A stretch of 64,000 bases of DNA from Acidimicrobiales bacterium. Lineage in GTDB: Bacteria > Actinomycetota > Acidimicrobiia > Acidimicrobiales > Bog-793. The stretch covers positions 32,334 to 96,333 of the forward strand of contig JBEKCO010000001.1 in NCBI GenBank assembly GCA_050014835.1. Reading direction: 5' to 3'. Below, piece by piece: positions 59,558 to 64,000 of this stretch. Each line of letters opens with the position of its first letter. The stretch's first letter is position 1. The notes under the pieces are model-generated. The model was not told the origin of the DNA, did no database searches, and was given only the letters and a program-made list of their open reading frames with translations. Made by a program: the position numbers and the translations under genes.

Positions 59558-60924
59558 GCCAGCCGGACCTTTCCCGATCGCGCAAGGTGCACATCGTCGG
59601 CATCGGTGGTGCCGGGATGAGCGCGATCGCCACGGTGCTCGTCGAGATGGGCCACGAGGTGAGTGGCAGCGACCTGAAAGACGGCGTGGCCCTGGAACGG
59701 CTGCGGGCCCTGGGCGTGCGCGTCGCGATCGGCCACGACCCGGCGAACCTCGGTGAAGCCGAGTTCCTCGCCATCTCGAGCGCCATCCCGCCGTCGAACG
59801 CCGAGGTCGTCGAGGCGCTCCGGCGGGGGGTCACCGTGCACCGCCGGGCCGAGGTGCTGAGCGCGATCAGCCGACTACGACGCACGATCGCGGTGTCCGG
59901 CACCCACGGCAAGACGACGACGAGCTCGATGCTCGCCCTCATCCTCGTCGAGGCGGCGCTGTCGCCGTCGTTCATCATCGGCGGCGAGATCAACGAGATC
60001 GGCTCGGGAGCGGTGTGGGACGAAGGCGATTGGCTCGTCGTCGAGGCCGACGAGAGCGACGGGACCTTCCTCGAGCTGCAGTGTGAGATCGCCGTCGTGA
60101 CGAGCGTCGAGCCCGACCACCTCGACCACTATGGCTCCTTCGAGAGCCTCGGGACGGCCTTCGGTCGCTTCCTGGCGGCCGCCACCTCCGGCGCCGTCGT
60201 GTGCAGCGACTACCCGGTCGCGGCGCGCCTCGCGCCCCCCGGCGCGACGACATACGGCTTCGGCGCCGAGGCGACCTGGCGGATCACGCACTTCTCCGGG
60301 GGCCGCAGCGACGTGAGTTTCGACCTGCGCTCGGCGTCAGGCGACGAGACCGCGCTCTCACTCCCGGTCCCGGGTAGGCACAACGCCCTCAACGCCGCGG
60401 GGGCGGCGGTGGCCGCCGTCGCCGTCGGGGTCGAGCTCGACGTGGTGCGGCGCGCCCTCGCCCGCTTCGGCGGGGTCGCGCGGCGCTTCGAGTTCCGCGG
60501 CGAGGCGATGGGCGCGACGCTTGTCGACGACTACGCTCACCTGCCGGGCGAGGTCGCGGCGGCGCTCGCGACGGCGCGCCGCGGGGGCTGGCGCCGCATC
60601 GTCTGCGTCTTCCAACCGCACCGCTACTCCCGGATCGCGGCGCTCGCCGGCGACTTCGCGGACGCCTTCGTCGACGCCGACGAGCTCGTCGTCACCGACG
60701 TCTACGGCGCGGGAGAGCAACCCCGCCCGGGGGTGTCGGGCAAGCTCGTCGTCGACGCCGTCCTCGCCGCCCATCCCGAGGGGGCCGTGTCGTACCTCGC
60801 GCAGCGCGCCGAGCTCGTCGAGTACCTGCGGCGGACGCTAGGGCCCGGGGACTGCTGCCTCACGCTTGGCGCGGGTGACCTGACGAGCCTCGCCGGGGAC
60901 CTCCTCGCCGGATTCGAGGGCTAG
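59554..60924 (+). CDS. murC: UDP-N-acetylmuramate--L-alanine ligase
   Basis: GTGA overlap. Motifs GIGGAGMSAIA and SGTHGKTTT. Confidence 0.9.
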   Translation: MSQPDLSRSRKVHIVGIGGAGMSAIATVLVEMGHEVSGSDLKDGVALERLRALGVRVAIGHDPANLGEAEFLAISSAIPPSNAEVVEALRRGVTVHRRAEVLSAISRLRRTIAVSGTHGKTTTSSMLALILVEAALSPSFIIGGEINEIGSGAVWDEGDWLVVEADESDGTFLELQCEIAVVTSVEPDHLDHYGSFESLGTAFGRFLAAATSGAVVCSDYPVAARLAPPGATTYGFGAEATWRITHFSGGRSDVSFDLRSASGDETALSLPVPGRHNALNAAGAAVAAVAVGVELDVVRRALARFGGVARRFEFRGEAMGATLVDDYAHLPGEVAAALATARRGGWRRIVCVFQPHRYSRIAALAGDFADAFVDADELVVTDVYGAGEQPRPGVSGKLVVDAVLAAHPEGAVSYLAQRAELVEYLRRTLGPGDCCLTLGAGDLTSLAGDLLAGFEG

Positions 60925-61872
60925 ATGGGGCGCCTCGGCCGGCGTGACGACCGGGCCGCCCGCACCGACCCGGCGGTGGAGGACGCCGCGGCGCGCCTCG
61001 GCCCGCTCGCCGTGCGCGACGCACCGCTCGGCGCCCGCACGACGTACCGCCTTGGCGGGCGGGCGGCGCTCCTCGCGTTCGTGAACGACGAGGGCGATCT
61101 CGGCACGGTCGTCGACGCCGTCGCCGAGAGTGGGGTCGGGGTGCTCGTTCTCGGGCGGGGGTCGAACCTGTTGGTCGCCGAGGCGGGTTTCCCCGGGCTC
61201 TGCGTCGCCCTCGGCCGTGGCTTCGAGGCGGTGAGGCTCGGCGGCGACGGCGTCGTCATGGCCGGGGGCGCCGTCGCCTACCCGGCGCTCGCGCGCGCGA
61301 CCGCCTCGGCGGGGCTGACGGGCATGGAGTGGGCGGTCGGGATTCCCGGGTCGGTCGGGGGGGCGGTCCGGATGAACGCCGGCGGCCACGGCTCCCAGAC
61401 GACGGACCGCCTCGTCGCCGCCCGTGTCGTCGACCTGCGGGCAAGGACGGACCGCACCGTCGGGGTCGGCGACCTCGCTCTTTCCTACCGGCACTCGGGG
61501 GTGCGCCCTGATGAGATCGTCGTGTCGGCGAGCTTCGCCCTGAGCTCCGGCGACGCGGCCGAGTCGGCCGCCGCGATCGCCGAGATCGTCGCCTGGCGCC
61601 GGGCGAACCAGCCCGCCGGGCGCAACGCCGGGTCGGTCTTCCAGAACCCGCCGGGGGACTCGGCGGGGCGGCTGATCGAGCTCGCCGGCCTGAAGGACCT
61701 GCGCATCGGGGGAGCCCGTGTCGCCCGCCGCCATGCCAACTTCATCCAGGCTGACCCGGGTGCCTCCGCCGACGACGTCTACCGCCTCCTCGGCGAGGTG
61801 CGCCGGCTCGTCGCCGAACGCTGCGGCGTCGAGTTGCAGGTCGAGATCTGCCTCGTGGGGTTCGGCCCGTGA
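60925..61872 (+). CDS. murB: UDP-N-acetylenolpyruvoylglucosamine reductase
   Basis: FAD domain (TTYRLGG, LGRGSNLL), GIPGSVGGAVRMNAGG and the substrate loop AGSVFQNP. Confidence 0.85.
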   Translation: MGRLGRRDDRAARTDPAVEDAAARLGPLAVRDAPLGARTTYRLGGRAALLAFVNDEGDLGTVVDAVAESGVGVLVLGRGSNLLVAEAGFPGLCVALGRGFEAVRLGGDGVVMAGGAVAYPALARATASAGLTGMEWAVGIPGSVGGAVRMNAGGHGSQTTDRLVAARVVDLRARTDRTVGVGDLALSYRHSGVRPDEIVVSASFALSSGDAAESAAAIAEIVAWRRANQPAGRNAGSVFQNPPGDSAGRLIELAGLKDLRIGGARVARRHANFIQADPGASADDVYRLLGEVRRLVAERCGVELQVEICLVGFGP

Positions 61873-62690
61873 ACGGGGCGCCGACGCCACCCGGCGGCCG
61901 GCCGTCCCGGGGCGCCGGGGGGCATGGGGACGAGGGTCGCGAGCGGTCCCCGGACAGAATGGCCGGGCGGCGCGTCGGCGTCGCCCGCGAGACAGGCCGG
62001 CGGCGACTGCGTCGTGGCGCCGTCGCCGCCTCCGTCGTCGCCGCCGCCGCCGGGCTGTTCGGTCTGGCGCACCTGCCGATCGTCTCGGCGCGTCACGTGA
62101 CCGTCACCGGGGAGGTGCATACGACGCGCGCCGAGATCCTCGCCGCGGGCGGGCTCGGCGGCGACCCACCGCTCATCGACGTGAACACGGTGGCGGACGC
62201 CCACGCCATCGAACGGTTGCCCTGGATAAAAGCCGCGTCGGTGACGGTCTCGTTCCCCTCGAGCGTGCGCGTCGTCGTCACCGAGCGGCGCCCGGTTGCC
62301 GCATTGGCCATCGGGTCGGGTCGCGTCGCTCTCGTCGACGTGACCGGGCGCGTGCTCGCCGACGATCCCCGCCGGCCGGCGGGGATCGTCCTGCTCACCG
62401 GCCTGGCGCGTCCCCCGGCGCCGGGTGGGAGGGTCCGTGGCGCGGCCACGCTCCTCGTCGCCGCGGCGGTGCTGCCCCGGAGCCTCATCGGCCGGATCGC
62501 GGCGTTGCGGGCCGAACCGGGGCTCGGGGTCGTCGCCGAGCTGCGCGCCGCGCCGCGTGTGATCCTCGGATCAAGCGTCGATCTGCCGGCGAAGTTCGTC
62601 GCGCTAGCGACGGTGCTTGCCGAGGTTTCGCTGCACGGTGTTGCCACGATCGACCTGCGCGCACCGTCTGATCCGGTCTTGACCCCATGA
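61869..62690 (+). CDS. ftsQ: cell division protein FtsQ (POTRA domain)
   Basis: GTGA overlap. Arg-rich N-terminus, one TM segment, then a POTRA-like region [16 protein letters not shown]...LPWIKAASV. Confidence 0.7.
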   Translation: MNGAPTPPGGRPSRGAGGHGDEGRERSPDRMAGRRVGVARETGRRRLRRGAVAASVVAAAAGLFGLAHLPIVSARHVTVTGEVHTTRAEILAAGGLGGDPPLIDVNTVADAHAIERLPWIKAASVTVSFPSSVRVVVTERRPVAALAIGSGRVALVDVTGRVLADDPRRPAGIVLLTGLARPPAPGGRVRGAATLLVAAAVLPRSLIGRIAALRAEPGLGVVAELRAAPRVILGSSVDLPAKFVALATVLAEVSLHGVATIDLRAPSDPVLTP

Positions 62691-62902
62691 GGCGCCAGTC
62701 CTATGGTCGGCCTGGCTCTCGCATGCCTGAGACGCTCCAGTGGTCCGCCTGGGGTCCGCAGGTGGTCGGTGGGGAGACGGAGGCCCCTCGCGGTCGTCGG
62801 AAGCAGTTGGGGGACCATGGGCGGGACTCGGGACCTCTGAGTCGTTGTCGAGGCCGGGGCCCCGGCGCTGGCGTGGTTCGTGGCAGGAAGGCAGCGTCAC
62901 AG

Positions 62903-64000
62903 ATGTCCGAGGCAGCTCAGGGTTTCATCGCCGTCATCAAGGTGGTCGGGATCGGCGGCGGCGGCGTGAACGCCGTGAACCGCATGATCGACTCGGAGCT
63001 GCGGGGTGTCGAGTTCGTCGCCGTGAACACCGACGCGCAGGCGCTGCTGCTGAGCGAGGCCGATCTGAAGCTCGACATCGGGCGCCAGCTGACCCGCGGC
63101 CTCGGCGCGGGGAGCGACCCCGAGGTCGGCCGCGCCGCGGCGCTCGATCACTCCGCGGAGATCGGCGAGGCCCTGAAGGGCGCCGACATGGTGTTCATCG
63201 CCGCCGGCGAAGGTGGCGGCACCGGCACGGGCGGCGCGCCGGTCATCGCCGAGGTGGCGCGCGATCTCGGGGCGCTCACGGTGGCGATCGTCACGAAGCC
63301 GTTCGCCTTCGAAGGGCGCCGACGCGCCATGCAGGCGGAGCAGGGGATCGAGCGACTGCGCGAACAGGTCGACACGATGATCGTCATCCCGAACGAGCGG
63401 CTGCTCACGCTGGCGGACTCGAACACGACGATGGTGGAAGCCTTCAAAATGGCGGACAACATCTTGTTGCAGGGCGTGAAGGGGATCACCGATCTCATCA
63501 ACATGCCGGGACTCATCAACACGGACTTCGCCGACGTGCGCACGATCATGCACGACGCCGGGTCGGCGATCATGGGCGTCGGTGTCGCCTCCGGGGAGGG
63601 CCGCGCGCTGACCGCGGCGCACCACGCGATCACGAGCCCGTTGCTGTCGTCTGGGTCGATCGACGGCGCGCGTGGCATCGTCCTCAACATCGCCGGCGGA
63701 CCGAGCCTCGGGCTTTTCGAGGTGAACGAGGCGGCCGAGGCGATCCACGCCATCGCCCATCCGGACGCCAACATCATCTTCGGCAGCGTGATCGACGAGG
63801 AGCTCGGCGACGCGGTGCGCGTGACGGTGATCGCGGCGGGCTTCGAACCCTTCGACGACGGCGGGTACGGGTACGTCGCCCGGGAGTACGACGAGGGCGT
63901 CGGCCGCGGCGCCCAGTTCGGGCGGACGGGTGAGAACTACGCCGAGACCGAGTCGTTCGCCGCCGCTGACGACGACCTCGACTTCGCCGACGACGAGTTT
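62903..64000 (+). CDS. ftsZ: cell division protein FtsZ (3' end truncated by the window)
   Basis: Translated by hand from ATG 62903: [29 protein letters not shown]...[16 protein letters not shown]...NTDFADV. The frame is open to position 64000. It is absent from the ORF track because there is no stop codon in the window. Confidence 0.95.
   Translation, partial: MSEAAQGFIAVIKVVGIGGGGVNAVNRMIDSELRGVEFVAVNTDAQALLLSEADLKLDIGRQLTRGLGAGSDPEVGRAAALDHSAEIGEALKGADMVFIAAGEGGGTGTGGAPVIAEVARDLGALTVAIVTKPFAFEGRRRAMQAEQGIERLREQVDTMIVIPNERLLTLADSNTTMVEAFKMADNILLQGVKGITDLINMPGLINTDFADVRTIMHDAGSAIMGVGVASGEGRALTAAHHAITSPLLSSGSIDGARGIVLNIAGGPSLGLFEVNEAAEAIHAIAHPDANIIFGSVIDEELGDAVRVTVIAAGFEPFDDGGYGYVAREYDEGVGRGAQFGRTGENYAETESFAAADDDLDFADDEF

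Overview
This is a very GC-rich (third codon positions mostly G/C) chromosomal segment that looks like it comes from an Actinomycetota-type bacterium. Almost all of it is core genome, and most genes are on the + strand. Many neighbouring genes overlap by 4 nt (GTGA or ATGA), which suggests translational coupling.

Four blocks are visible.

1. Positions 1-21100 hold a cell-envelope glycan and nucleotide-sugar locus. It contains rmlD, a wbbL-like GT2 gene, manC, an epimerase, two GT4 genes, an Rmd-like reductase, a large GT2-polytopic membrane fusion and a DUF5719-like protein. The F420 genes cofD and cofE are embedded in it. It continues with ftsH, a CPBP protease, a phosphomannomutase, a Trm112-like gene, a SIS isomerase and ahcY. 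The gene order resembles the Mycobacterium tuberculosis Rv3266c-Rv3248c region.

2. Positions 21200-34000 hold miaA-dapF-hflX, dapD, dapE, lexA divergent from a ChiZ-like LysM gene with three SOS boxes, nrdR, a PIG-L deacetylase and dinB. After these come DUF3040, an HNH endonuclease, a BPL/LPL-family protein, two small membrane proteins and an SDR.

3. Positions 34075-48880 form a redox island. A group 3b [NiFe]-hydrogenase operon on the minus strand carries unusual passenger genes. It is divergent from a 2-oxoacid oxidoreductase whose ferredoxin subunit is fused to a GltD-like NAD(P)H flavoprotein. pntAA-pntAB-pntB follows.

4. Positions 49330-64000 hold the dcw cluster: mraZ-rsmH-ftsL-ftsI-murE-mraY-murD-ftsW-murG-murC-murB-ftsQ-ftsZ. 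ftsZ is cut by the window end, murF is absent and murB is present.

I found no rRNA, tRNA, CRISPR array, IS element, prophage or obvious defence island. The most interesting material is the hydrogenase / 2-oxoacid oxidoreductase / transhydrogenase island and its uncharacterised passenger genes, followed by several structured or repeat-bearing intergenic regions. I see no evidence for a clearly novel stand-alone system. All functional calls come from motif recognition by eye, and no database search was run.
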